Positions 1 through 12,000 are shown, numbered from the stretch's first letter. The stretch is 64,000 nucleotides of DNA from Azolla caroliniana (GCA_043228905.1 JBHGNT010000002.1:7068001-7132000), one strand, 5' to 3'. Numbers and translations are program-made. The notes: a model not told the origin generated them from the letters alone.

Positions 1-570
1 CCAGTGTGTCCCTACCTCTTGGGATCAAAGAGCCCTCGTCCTTGTAGCCTATTCATTTCTCCGTTATTTTCCTTTGATGAGCAACTTCCCTAATCAGTAG
101 AGTGTTAATGATTTCAGATCTCATAGCCCATCCGCCCCTAATTCCATGGAGGATGTTGGCTTGGTCTTGTATTGGCAATGACATAAACCGTCTTCAACAT
201 TGTATACTTTTTCCTGGACCTTCCAACATGTATCCCCATGACAACCCCTTACTTGATCTAATTAGTTGATTAGATACATCCCTAATACATGGGTTCCATA
301 GGATATGTTGACTGAGCCAGGCAGGTTCAGAATTGGGTTGATCGCACTTGAGTCCTCGTCTAATGTCACACCACGCCTTCCACATGGGTGCACTAAATCT
401 ATCCTCCAGTTGGCGGGAGAAACTAGGTTTGAGATCCATGTTTAGAATCCATCCAGTTTGGGGGACCCAATTGGTCCCTTTTCGTGGCCTAAAGTAAGCA
501 AAGCATAACCCCAGTAACATTTTCCAACAGTCATTCCCTGGTTGGAGTCCTCACACCTTTGCCAAAATTT
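1..570 (-). mobile_element. LINE (non-LTR retrotransposon) ORF2 fragment, same family as 40661-42736
   Basis: The reverse complement aligns by eye with about 41085-41650. Both share the peptide GWILNMDLKPSFSRQLEDRFSA-MWKAWCDIR. Runs off the window edge. Confidence 0.8.
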
Positions 571-641
571 ATTGTATACTTGTTTTGAGAAATATTTGGA
601 TGCGTTTTTCCTTGTTCTATCTAGGTAAAATAACTCCCAAT

Positions 642-1078
642 TGTCATAGACACGATGGAATGTAAGGGGTTGAACCCATGACCTCTTGGTCTTATTGGGA
701 AACCTTACCAATTGAGCTACATTCCATCTATGCATTAAGTTTCAACTTATTACATTGTAAGTTAATCACTAGAACTTTCAAGAAACTTTTAGAGAATGCA
801 TAGACATGCACTCTCTAGAAGTTTCCATGCATTCTCTAGATCTTTCCTAGCTTACATGCATACCACCACATTCTTGTATAAATACTTTGGTGCACCTTGA
901 TTACAATCAAGGTGAACAACACCAGTTACGGAAGCATAATTTAGTTCTCGCTCTTTTGTCTAGCCTCTCTCTCTCTTGTTCTCTTCTCTATGCTCCTCTC
1001 TATTTATATATCTATCTTTCTCTCTTTCTTAATATTGAGCTCGCCTACTTGTCCTTGCCCTCGTCTACGTCTGTGACA
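642..1078 (+). repeat. 5' LTR of chromovirus copy 1 (TATAAATA at 877-884)
   Basis: Direct repeat of 4889-5327 with TG...CA termini. Confidence 0.95.
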
Positions 1079-1080
1079 AT

Positions 1081-1092
1081 TTGTTCACCTTG
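1081..1092 (+). promoter_or_regulatory. Self-priming (Tf1-type) primer-binding site
   Basis: TTGTTCACCTTG is the exact reverse complement of LTR 908-919 (CAAGGTGAACAA), about 30 nt downstream of the TATA box. No TGG-type tRNA PBS is present. Confidence 0.8.
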
Positions 1093-1106
1093 CCTTCTTG
1101 TTACCA

Positions 1107-1364
1107 TGTCTAACTCGGCCTTAAACCAAGTAATGGCAGCCTTGGAGCAACTTCGATTATAAAATGAAAGCCTTCGTCAGTCTTGTCATCCGCCTCTATT
1201 GTGGTACCCCCGGCCATGTCATCCGCCACTGCTCGATGCGAAGCCCTCGTCATCAATCCCACCATGCACATCTTGCAGAGGTTTCTCGACAACAAGAAAA
1301 CGATCGTGCACGTCTTGCGGAGGTTTCTAGACAACAGGAAAACAAGAAAGTCCAGCTGCAATAG
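1107..1364 (+). pseudogene. Internally deleted gag (N-terminal coil plus zinc knuckle, capsid domain missing)
   Basis: MSNSALNQVMAALEQLRL* is joined almost directly to the knuckle remnant LYCGTPGHVIRHC. The related copy at 55311-56056 retains the capsid region. Confidence 0.7.
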
Positions 1365-4300
1365 GAGCCATGCCGCTGGACACTTTCTGTCGCCCTAGTT
1401 CTTCATGCTCCTACAATTCAGTCACGCTAGCAGGAGGTTTTACTTTGCAAGTAAGTCTTTTTTTTGGGTCTATTTCAATAAAATCCCATGCCTTCCTCGA
1501 TTCTGGTGCATCTACTTGTTTCATCGATATCGCGTTCGTCCGAGCACATAAAATCCCAACCTTCTGCACAACACAACCCATATCCGTTGAAGCTATCCAC
1601 GGACGGGTTCTCTCTTCAGGGGCGGTTACCGAAGCCACTGTCTCGTTGGTATTTCAAGTTGGGTTCCACCAGGAGGTATTAACATTCTACCTCATTGCAA
1701 CCCCTCGTCATCCGATTGTTTTAGGGCTCTCCTGGTTGGAAACACACAATCCGATGGTGGATTGGTGTAGCCGCTCCATCACTTTTCCACAAACACCAGC
1801 GCAGGCCCTTTCCACAAACATTGTTACTTGTGGGGGGGTTGTTTTCAGCTTGGGTGCACATTCTTCTGATTTCAACTCACCCTTCGACGTTGCCGATTCC
1901 GTTCTGGCCGATTCTAGCGTGGTCACTTCCGTGCCCGTTGTGTCACAGGACGTCCCTACTCCTGTCACCAATTTGCTCGCAAGATATAGCGATTTTTTGG
2001 ATGTGTTTGAAAAGCGAAATGCAGACCGGTTGCTGGCACATCGCCCCTATGATTGCCCAATCAAACTCCAAGATGGCGCACATCCACCATTTGGGCCCAT
2101 CTATGGGCTATCTAAACCTGAACTTGAGGCCCTTCGCACATATCTGGATGAAAACCTCGCTAAGGGCTTCATTCAACCCTCCAAATCACCAATTGGAGCC
2201 CCAATCTTATTTTTCAAGAAGAAGGACGGCTCAGTACGCCTATGTGTGGATTATCAGGGTCTCAACAAAATTACGGTACGTAATCGTTACCCCTTGCCTT
2301 TAATTCCACCACTTCTTGACCGACTTCGAACCGGGCGTATCTTCTCCAAAATCGACCTTCGGGGAGCCAACAATCTAGTGCGTATCAAGCCAGGAGACGA
2401 GTGGAAAATGGCCTTCCGAACACGGTATGGAAATTCTGAGTACAAGGTGATGCCTTTTGGTCTCACCAATGCCCCTGCAGTCTTTCAACACATGATGAAC
2501 AATATATTGCGGGAGTATCTCGATCACTTCGTGGTGATCTACCTTCATGACATTTTAGTTTTTACTTCCAACATAGAGGAGCCCGACACATCCAATTGGT
2601 CCTATCCAAAAATCGGGAACATGGACTTTAGGCCAAAAGTGAGAAATGTGAATTCGATCGGACCTCTGTCGAATTCCTCGGCTACGTGATTTCACCCTCC
2701 AGGATCACAATGGATGCACACAAGGTAGCAACAATCACCGATTGGCCTGTCCCCACTTGGTTGAAAGAGGTACAATCATTTCTTGGTTTTGCAAATTTCT
2801 ATTGATGATTTATCAATGGTTTTTCGTCTTTAGTTCAACCTCTAATCATCCTTACAAGAAAAGATACTCCATTTCTTTGGACCTCTATGGCGCAACGTGC
2901 TTTTGATACCCTCAAGGCAACTTCTCTCATAGCCCTAGTGTTGGTTCACCCCGACCCCACAAGGCCCTTCCAAGTCGAAATCGATGCCTCCGACTTTGCC
3001 ATTGGAGCTATCCTATCCCAACCAGACGATGAGGGCACACTACGTCCTGTTGCCTTCTATCTCGGATGTTTACCTCCCCGGAAATCAATTATCTGCCTTC
3101 ACCGAATGGCGACCCTATTTGGTTGGGGCCCAACATCGCATCCAGGTGCTGACTGACCACAAAATTCGAATTTACTTCACCACCAGTCGTACATTGAATC
3201 GGAGGCAAGCCCGATGGTCATCTTTTCTCGCCGACTACGACTTTGAGATCTTGTTTTGACCCGAAGTTCAACAAGGGAAAGTTGATGCCCTCTCTCGGCG
3301 ACCTGTTTTGCATTGCGCCCAGGAGATGATACATATTCACAACAATCCCATTGTTTGTTGCGGCCCGATCAACTTCAGATGTTCGCCACCAGCATGTTAC
3401 ATGATGATTCTTTCCTCAACGAGATCGCCGCGACAACTGTGTCAGACCCATTCCCCAAAGAAATCATGGGCTGCATTAATGACCCATTTCCGGACATGAA
3501 AAGCTCATATCTCAACCAATTTACAACCCGGGATGGGTTAATATATCGTAATCATCTCTTGTACGTTCCCGAAGGATCATGTCGTACAGGGGTTCTACAA
3601 AACTGTCATGATGATCCTCTTGCCGGCCACTTTGTGGTTACGAAAACCCTGGAATTGCTATCTCGAGGGTTTTGGTGACCCCAACCTTGGAAATTTGTCA
3701 AGGAATTTATCAAGACATGTGATGTATGTGCTTGGTTCAAAAAGCCTCACCATCGGCCATATGGTCTTCTCCACCCGCTCCCCATTCCACGTCGACCATG
3801 GGTCTCTCTATCCATGGACTTTATCACTGACCTCCCTCTGGTTGGTGGACATGACACGGTGCTAGTCATTGTCGATCGTTTTTCGAAGATGGCTCACTTT
3901 GTTCCATGTTCCAAAACCATTTCCGGGGAAGAGACTGCTCATCTTTTTCTTAAAAATGTTATTCGATTACACGGCTTACTCGAGGATATCACCTCTGATT
4001 GAGGTTCTCCGTTCATTTCCCACTTTTGGCGACGACTTCTACAAACATTCGAGACTTTTGTCAACTTGTCCTCAACATACCATCCTCAAACGGATGGACA
4101 AACGGAGCGAGTCAATGAAATCCTCGAACAATACCTTCAGTGTACCGTGAGCTACCAACAAGAAGATTGGGTGGACTTCCTTGCAATGGCGGAATTTGTT
4201 TACAATAATAGTATCCATGTTTCAACTAAGGTTTCCCCCTTTGCAAACTATGGATTTCACCCTCATTTCAACATTTCCATACCTACAAGTTCGGTCAATC

Positions 4301-4832
4301 CTTCGGCAGGGACGCATGCCTGCGCTTTACACGATGTCCATCATGACCTCTCCTTGGAGCTCCGTGTTGCTGGTGACCACATAAAGATCAAGCAGACTGA
4401 CATCGCTTAGGTGCACTGACGTTTGCAATCAAGGACATGGTTTGGCTGTTACGTCGTCACATCACCACCACACGTCCTTGTGCAAAATTGGACTACAAAA
4501 GACTAGGCCCCTTTCATATCATTGAGCGGATCAACCCAGTCGCCTTCCGGTTAGCACTTCCTCTAACATTCAAGATTCACGATGTTTTTCACGTTTCCCT
4601 CCCCGAACTCTACCATCCTTCTCGAATTCCAAGACGACACCCTCCTCCACCGCCACCAGTGGAATTGTCGACGAACGAAGAATATGAGGTTGACCAAATC
4701 CTCGACTCTCGATATCCTCGTCAACAGCTCCAATATTTGGTCTTATGGAAAGGGTACCCCATTCCGGACGCCACATGGGAACCAGTTACACATTTACAAA
4801 ATGCTCCGGAGGCCATTTGCGATTTTCTTTAA
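1331..4832 (+). pseudogene. pol (protease, RT, RNase H, integrase, chromodomain) with stops and frameshifts
   Basis: Motifs: LDSGAS; KKKDGSVRLCVDY; [13 protein letters not shown]; YLHD (degenerate YLDD); DASDFAIGAILSQ; SMDFITDLP; YHPQTDGQTER; EYEVDQILDSR...YLVLWKGYP...TWEP. Confidence 0.92.
1337..1413 (+). promoter_or_regulatory. Putative -1 programmed ribosomal frameshift signal (G GAA AAC plus H-type pseudoknot)
   Basis: Slippery heptamer at 1337-1343 in the gag/pol overlap, then a 6-nt spacer. Stem 1 is GTCCAGC(t)GCA / TGC(c)GCTGGAC (1350-1381). Loop TAGGAGC (1362-1368) is complementary to GCTCCTA (1407-1413). pol is in the -1 frame, open from 1331. Confidence 0.75.
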
Positions 4833-4888
4833 CGATACCCACATAAGCCATCAGCGAGTCCCGGGAGGTGGGCTTAGAGTGAAGATAA

Positions 4889-5327
4889 TGTCATAGACAC
4901 GATGGAATGTAGGGGTTGAACCCATGATGATCTCTTGGTCTTATTGGAAAACCTTACCAATTGAGCTACATTCCATCTATGCATTAAGTTTCAACTTATT
5001 ACATTGTAAGTTAATCACTAGAACTTTCAAGAAACTTCTAGAGAATGCATAGACATGCACTCTCTAGAAGTTTCCATGCATTCTCTAGATCTTTCCTAGC
5101 TTACATGCATACCACCACATTCTTGTATAAATACTTTGGTGCACCTTGATTACAATCAAGGTGAACAACACCAGTTACGGAAGCATAATTTAGTTCTCGC
5201 TCTTTTGTCTAGCCTCTCTCTCTCTTGTTCTCTTCTCTATTCTCCTCTCTATCTATATATCTATCTTTCTCTCTTTCTTAATATTGAGCTCGCCTACTTG
5301 TCCTTGCCCTCATCTACGTCCATGACA
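4889..5327 (+). repeat. 3' LTR of chromovirus copy 1
   Basis: Direct repeat of 642-1078, followed by TSD CCAAT. Confidence 0.95.
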
Positions 5328-7276
5328 CCAATACCCTTGTCAACTTTTTCTTTATATCATAGAATGCCCGTAAGTTTTTATTACCCCCTCCCATGCTTTT
5401 GGTTAACCCATGTGCTTGGAAACAAATCCATATGCTACATGAGAAAATCATATAGTCAATTCCCACTCTTTCCAAAGTTGGGAATGAGCATTTGGGAGTA
5501 TAGGACGGAACTTGAGATGCACTAGGTAAGTAGAGAAAAAGCTCAAGGATAATCTACTTTTGGTGATATAATCTTTGGGCAATTTAATTTATGTTGGTGC
5601 AGCCATAAAGTATAATGTTTTTTTGAATATAATGCACTTTGTCCTATTTTTTGTGTATAGTTTACCTACCCACATACCATTTCTCTTTTTATTGATTACA
5701 TTAGACAAAGATAATTTATTTGCCCAACAATCATATGCAATTAAGTAAGTACACCATTCTAAAGTTAAATTTGCTACCAAAAGTTTTGGTTCATACATTG
5801 TACATTATATAATTTTCTTGGTGGGGAGTTGACATGGGACATGTTTTTTAAGCCATGTCAAAGCTTGTTGGCATGGCAAATTTCTAACTTCTTTTTGTCA
5901 ATTGACATTTGAAAATATTTTAACATTGTCCAAAAGAAGAAATATAAGATTGTTTCATAAATTCACATAATATTATAGATTGCCAAATAAAAGCAAGTGT
6001 AACATTATGTACATACTCGATGGCAGAAAAATGAAAAATAAAAAATAAAAAGCATAATATTACATATGTGACATGATATATATTTGACGATCAATGCAAT
6101 GTTGTTATCAATGATCCAATTCTTCTATTCTTCACACCCTTACCACATTCCAAGCATTTATGTCACATGTTTAAATTCGATCTCATTTGGCATACGATGA
6201 CCACAAATATTGATAAATTTAAACATTCAACAAAGAGTTGATTTTGATCATATTTCATCTTAAAAAATCTCTCTCACATACAACAATACAAAGGCTATTT
6301 TGCAAAGTTTTTATTATCCATGGAAAAGATAGCTCCCGATCATCTTCCATAAAAATGACATTTAAAGATGCGTGTATATATTTATTTCTAAAACAAATTC
6401 TCAGCCTCACAATTTCACTAAATCTATCATTAAGTACGTCTCACACTAAACCTTTAATGGAAAGATACTTAATGAAAATTGATCCTTGTTGATATTGAGG
6501 GCATTTCACATCAAAACCACCTACTTTTGCGTCCAATGTACATAAAAGTGATAAAGTGGATATGCTTGGAAAATACGACATTGAAAATACTCACAAGATT
6601 GAATTATGTCAAAGTTATATATATTGTATTTGGAATTTGATTATTGGATAATGTAATTATAGTGACATTCTTTGGTCCAAAGTGGTATGATAAGTAAATA
6701 TTTGGACAAACTACACACATTCGTAAGAGATGGTCACTAATATTATCATATTTTGGGTGTTGTTGGGTGGGGGGTGAAACCTAGAATGGCTTCACGCCCC
6801 TCCCAAGGGGGTTACGTTAGAGAGACAGAGCAAGAGAGAAAGACAAATAGGAAATGACACCAAATGAGAGGGGAAAAAACTATATCTCATTACATGCCCC
6901 ATAAGGGGTTTATATAATACATAATGTAACAGTAAATAATATGTTCGTTACAAAAAGAGACCGTTACATTCTTGTCACATGCACATAATTGTGCATGTGC
7001 TCACACATACTCATCCTCACACTCATATACGTTACACATACCGAACAACGCCTTTAACGTTGTCGTGTTATTCTGCACGCGCAGGAGAAACCAAGGCGGG
7101 ACCACGGGGGCCCTAAACCGGGGAATAACCGAACAGAGGGAGGAGCGACACGAAACCACAGCCGAGCCGCGCGCACAAATACACAGAGAACTCACAACGA
7201 AGATTGAACAACGAATAAGGCAAATATATACTTATGATCAAGATTACAGCCAACTAGTCGGTAAGCGTCAACGCGC

Positions 7277-8546
7277 TGTCGTATGAATCTTCACACACTA
7301 TGTAAAAAAATAATGAAATAATTATTATAGATTAGATTAGTAGCTTACTATAGAAAGATGGATATACTCAAGAGCTTCAAAATGTATTTTACTATATACA
7401 AAATGGAGAAATATATATCAAGTTATGTGAAAATAAAGTTTGAGAAGATAGAGAAATTAGAACTATCCCACATAGATAGGAAACTTAAGGCCCTGGCTAT
7501 ATAACCACCTTGAGCTCCCTCATTTTTCATTTGTTCTAAGAGCACTTTGGCCACTTTGTCTTGATGGATGATGGTGGCCAAATTCCCTAAATCCGGAAAC
7601 CGGTCGGTAAACAAATCCGGAAACTGGCCGGTAAGCAAATCCGGAAAACGGGTCCGGTAAACAAATCCGGAAACCTGTTAGTATGCAAACCGGAAATTGG
7701 TCAGTATGCAAAACTGGAACCAGAAACTAGCTGGTATGCAAAACCGGAACCGGAACCGGCAAGCAAAACCGAAACCGGAACCGGTATGCAAACCGGAACC
7801 GGCCGGTAAGCAAAACTTGAACCGGAACCGGTATGCAAACCGGAAGCTGGTCGGTAAGCAAAACCGGAACTGGCCGGCGAGGGATTCGGCGATCGGGCGG
7901 AACCGGCGACCGTATGAGGTTGGACGCAAATCGAATGGATAAAAGGATCATTTGGCTATTTAAAGAAAGGTAAAAGAGACTAAAGTAAAGGTCAAGTGGA
8001 CGGTCGCATGCAACTAAAAATAGATTCAACGAAAAGAAAAGTTATGCAACTAAAAGTAGAGGCCATGCAACAAAAAGTGGAGGCATATGATCAACGAGGA
8101 ACTCTATATATAATTCCATTTTTTTTCCTATACTCATATGCTCTCTCCATATTATATTGTTCTTCTTTTCCTTCGAAGCTCTCTTATCTTATCAAAGCCA
8201 AGAACCGTAAATTTCCTTACGGAAGTCATAAACCCTAATTTCCTAATCAAAGCCATATAACTCAAAAACCCTAATTTTTGAATTGAAGCTAAAAACCCTA
8301 ATATTCTAATTAAATCCATATTTCATTTCTTCTAATCTATTACTCTAGTCATCTCCATTATCAAATTTTTGTAATCCCAATCTTGGGATTAATTGTAATC
8401 TTTCTTTCCCTTTATTAATGAAATTTGTGAATCTTTATCATTTTGTATTAATTGTTTAATATAATCATATGAATCTGATATCTTCCGGTCGGAGGCCCCG
8501 GGGTCCTGCCTCAAAGTTCATGTATCCTCGTCGTATTTTCGCGACA
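7277..8546 (+). mobile_element. Solo LTR D (1270 bp) inserted in the LTR of element B
   Basis: TGTCG...CGACA termini with 4-bp flanks GCGC/GCAC. Absent from the partner LTR (around 14825). TATA-like CTATATATAA near 8104. Confidence 0.85.
7585..7910. repeat. Degenerate tandem array of (A)AACCGGAAC / CCGGTA(A/T)GCAAA motifs in solo LTR D
   Basis: Many CCGG-containing short units. The array explains the spurious ORFs at 7520-8029. Confidence 0.8.
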
Positions 8547-9034
8547 GCACTAACACCAACTCACACAACGCACACGGACAACGCGAGATGGAGCCTCTGC
8601 CAGAAGCACTCAGGCTTTCCACAAAGCAGAGCCAACCTCCCAAAACCTGCAGAGAATAATGAAAGACAGAGGAGAAGAGCTTAGTCCTAGTCCGACAACA
8701 CTTCCTCCTCAACAACACCCCCACTTAGTCCCTTTTTCTCTCCTTTTATAGCCCAAGGAGAGAGGGTCGTTACAATATGTTACATCACTTTTATTCTCTG
8801 TCCTTTTGGACAGAGATACCCCTTGATTCCCTACCTAGGATATTCACATCGCCGACCTGTACCTAACTATGTACAATACATCAAAACATGTGCCCGCATG
8901 TAAAGGCCGGTTCACGCACACTATTCACCGATTCCTCCTAGGGACGGTTTTCTCCACGACATCCACCCCCACCTAACCGCGCATCCATCGGTATGCGCCA
9001 AAATAGACCTTGGCCGGAGAAGACCAGCCCGCGC

Positions 9035-12000
9035 TTATCTTTCGTTCTCCGGATCGTCATCCGCTCTGAACCGGTCGCCGTCGCTATCCATGTCCTCTGG
9101 GTCTGGTTCGTCCTCGTGCCGCTTCTTGAATTCCTTGATCCTCTTCCCGGCCACCAGCACAACTATCCTCGTTTCGTCGAGCTTCACGAGATGGTAGGTG
9201 CCGTTGTCGTTGGCGCTTGTCACCGCGTAAGGCCCGAACCACCTCCTCGCAAATTTCCGCATCGCCTTGTGCTGGTTGTTGAGGTTGTTGTCGTAGACCA
9301 AAACCCAATCACCTTCCTCGATTTTCTTCGGTCGTAGTCGGTGAGTCCGATCGAATCACCCCTTGTTCTTTGTCCTTGCCGCACATAGCTTCGCCGTAGC
9401 TTGTTCCACGTCCTCCAGTCTTCGCTCGAGCTGTCGGATTTGTGCCGCTAACAGCTTGTCCTGGCTCATCTCGTCTCTCCAGTTCACCGCGGCCCATGAG
9501 GAGATCATTCGCTCCATCAGCATAATCGGCTTCTGCCCGTACATTAGCTCCGCCGGCATGAACCCGGTTACTGAACTGCACGTAGTTCGGTCCACCCACA
9601 ATGCGTAAGGTAGGAGCCGCGGCCAATTCCCGACTTGGCCTTCACATGCCTGTACCAACGCCTTTACGATTGGCCCGTGTCCGCGTTCCACCATCTCGTT
9701 TGCCTCCGGATTGTACGCCGTGGTGAGCGAGAGTTTAACCCCTAACCGATCAAACAACACTTCGGCCTCTTGTGCATCCAGTTCTCCACGGTCCACTACG
9801 AGCTTCCCTACGCACCTGTACCGACATACCACCTCTTCGATCAGGAACCGGCACACAACCGCAATTGTCTTGTTCGGTAACGCTCGTCCCTCCACCTAGT
9901 TCGTTAGGTCCTCTCGTGCTAGCACCAGGTATCGCATCTACCCTACCCCCATCGGCATTGTCATTAGATCCACCATCCACTTGAAGTGGACGGTCGGCAG
10001 GTAAGTCGGGTGCAGCTCGTCCCGATGTCGGACTATGGAGTGCATCTGACAACTTTTGCAAGTCGTTACGAACTGATGCACGTCCCGGTGTAGTCCCGGC
10101 CACTAGTACTTCTTCTTCAGCTTCTCAAACGTGGCCCATGTCCCCCGATGTCCGGCCCAAGAATTCTCGTGGTACGCCATCAGCAATGCTTCCTGCTCCT
10201 CCTTCCTTGCCACTACCTAGAGTGGGACGCCGTCTCGCTTCTTCAGGTGCTTCCATATGCTCCCATCCCATAGGAAGAATTGGTACGCTTTATTCCGAAT
10301 CCGGTTAGCCTCTTCCTTTGTCCACGCCGCGTTCGGCGTCATCGTTTTCAGGAACCCACCGATCTAGAGCCACTCAACATCGTACTTGCTCTCATCGAAC
10401 TCGTTAAGCACCAGAGTGCTCCCCTTTCTTGTCGTCACGTAAGCCGTCTCGAAGAAGTCCACGCCAACTTCCTCGTCCTCTGAAACCATGCCGCCCTCGT
10501 CATCAAACCTCGCTCTCGAAAGCATGTCCGCCATGGCGTTGTCCTTCCCGGAGATGTGCCGTATCTCTGGATTCAGGTACTTAATATACGTTATCCACTT
10601 GAGAATTGCCAGGTCCAGCGTTGCGCATTTGGAAACCATACCGAGAATCGGTAGGCAGTCCGTCTCTATTATTTCCTCTGACCACCGAAATGATACCCCA
10701 GAGTTCGCGTTTAAGCTGGGTGTATCCTTGCTGTCGCTCGCTAAGTACTTTCGCACCAAACCGGATGGGGAACCTCGTGCCATTCTCATCCTCCTGGTTG
10801 ATCACCCATCCGATTCCGATCGGACTCGTGTCTACGGTTACATAAATCGGAACACGTTTACCGTAGACCGCTTTCCGGAGTGTTGGTGCTACAGCAAGCG
10901 CTTCTTTCATTTTCCGAACCGACTCCGCATGCTCCCCACTCCATTCGAACTTGCGCCCTTTCTTCAACAACCCATAGAGCGGCTCTGCGATATGGGTGTA
11001 ATGCGGGATCCAAATGTGGTAGAACGCACAATGTCCCAAGAACCTCCGGACTTCTGTAACTGACCTGCAATCTTCCTTTATCGCGGAGATAGCTTCCACT
11101 TTAGCCGAAGACGGTTTCCGGCCATAAGGCCCGCACAGGTGTCCGACGACCATGATTTCCGACTGTCCGAAAGCCGATTTCTCCCCGGAGAAGGTGAGTC
11201 GTGCGCCTTCCAGCTTCTTTAGCACCTTCTCGCAGTCTCTGATGTGGTCCGAGACGAATCTCCAACACCCGTCCGGTCCGACCGTTTCGTCCTTATCCTC
11301 CACTTGACATCCCTTGATCGGAATGTCATCCAAAAACGGCATGGTAATGTCCAGGATGCAGTCCCTTAGCACCTTATTCATCGCATTCACCATGTGCGCT
11401 ACCGAGTTTGTCCCCCCTTGCGGAAGGGTTTAGGGTTTAGGGCGAGAGGAGTCCACATTCTCGTAATATCCCTGCTCTCCACGGCTAGTTAGAATTGGTC
11501 GTACCCCAAGTACAGATCCCCGACCGAGTAAATCGACCTTCCGGTGAAGGCCTCCGTGAACTCATCAATGGTCGGTCCGATTCCTGCGTTCTGAATGGTC
11601 ACCTTGTTGACCGGCTGCAGGTCCTGAATAAAGCGCAACGTGTCGTTCTTCTTTGGCATAATAAACCACCGATTCGAGTATGGGGCACTTGACGGTTCGA
11701 GGACGTCCCTCTCCACCTTCTGCTTCAGCAGCTCCATCAACTTCAGGATGTGAGCTCTGGGTACTGGAATCGGTTTGAGATTCCATGGCACATGCGGTAC
11801 CGTGAAGATAACCATCGGCTCAATGACCGTCGGGTCTACACACCCCATCTCTTCCGACGAAAATGCGAAGGCATTCCCGTGCCTCCCGAGCATTCTCCAA
11901 AACCGTTCCTCCTCCGCCGGCAGTAGAAAGCCACCCCCACCAACCTTGAGCTCCCGTAGCGTTATGTTGGTGAACCGGTCTCCTATGCCGGCCGGATCCC

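Larger units (their letters stand above)
642..5327 (+). mobile_element. Ty3/Gypsy chromovirus (Tcn1-like), copy 1, both LTRs present, internally decayed
   Basis: Near-identical direct LTRs 642-1078 and 4889-5327 (TGTCA...TGACA). TSD CCAAT at 637-641 and 5328-5332. PPT-like AGAGTGAAGATAA precedes the 3' LTR. Domain order is gag-PR-RT-RH-INT-chromodomain. Confidence 0.95.

Noticed and set aside
887-1162. Hydrophobic ORF MVHLDYNQGEQHQLRKH..., repeated at 5136 and 27357
   Set aside because: LTR R/U5 sequence with CT/AT microsatellite, GTG start, and a frame not conserved between copies.
7423-8238. Cluster of overlapping short ORFs
   Set aside because: By-products of the CCGG-rich tandem array in solo LTR D.
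8215-8305. AAACCCTAA motifs as telomeric sequence
   Set aside because: Dispersed single telo-box-like motifs in an LTR, not a tandem array.
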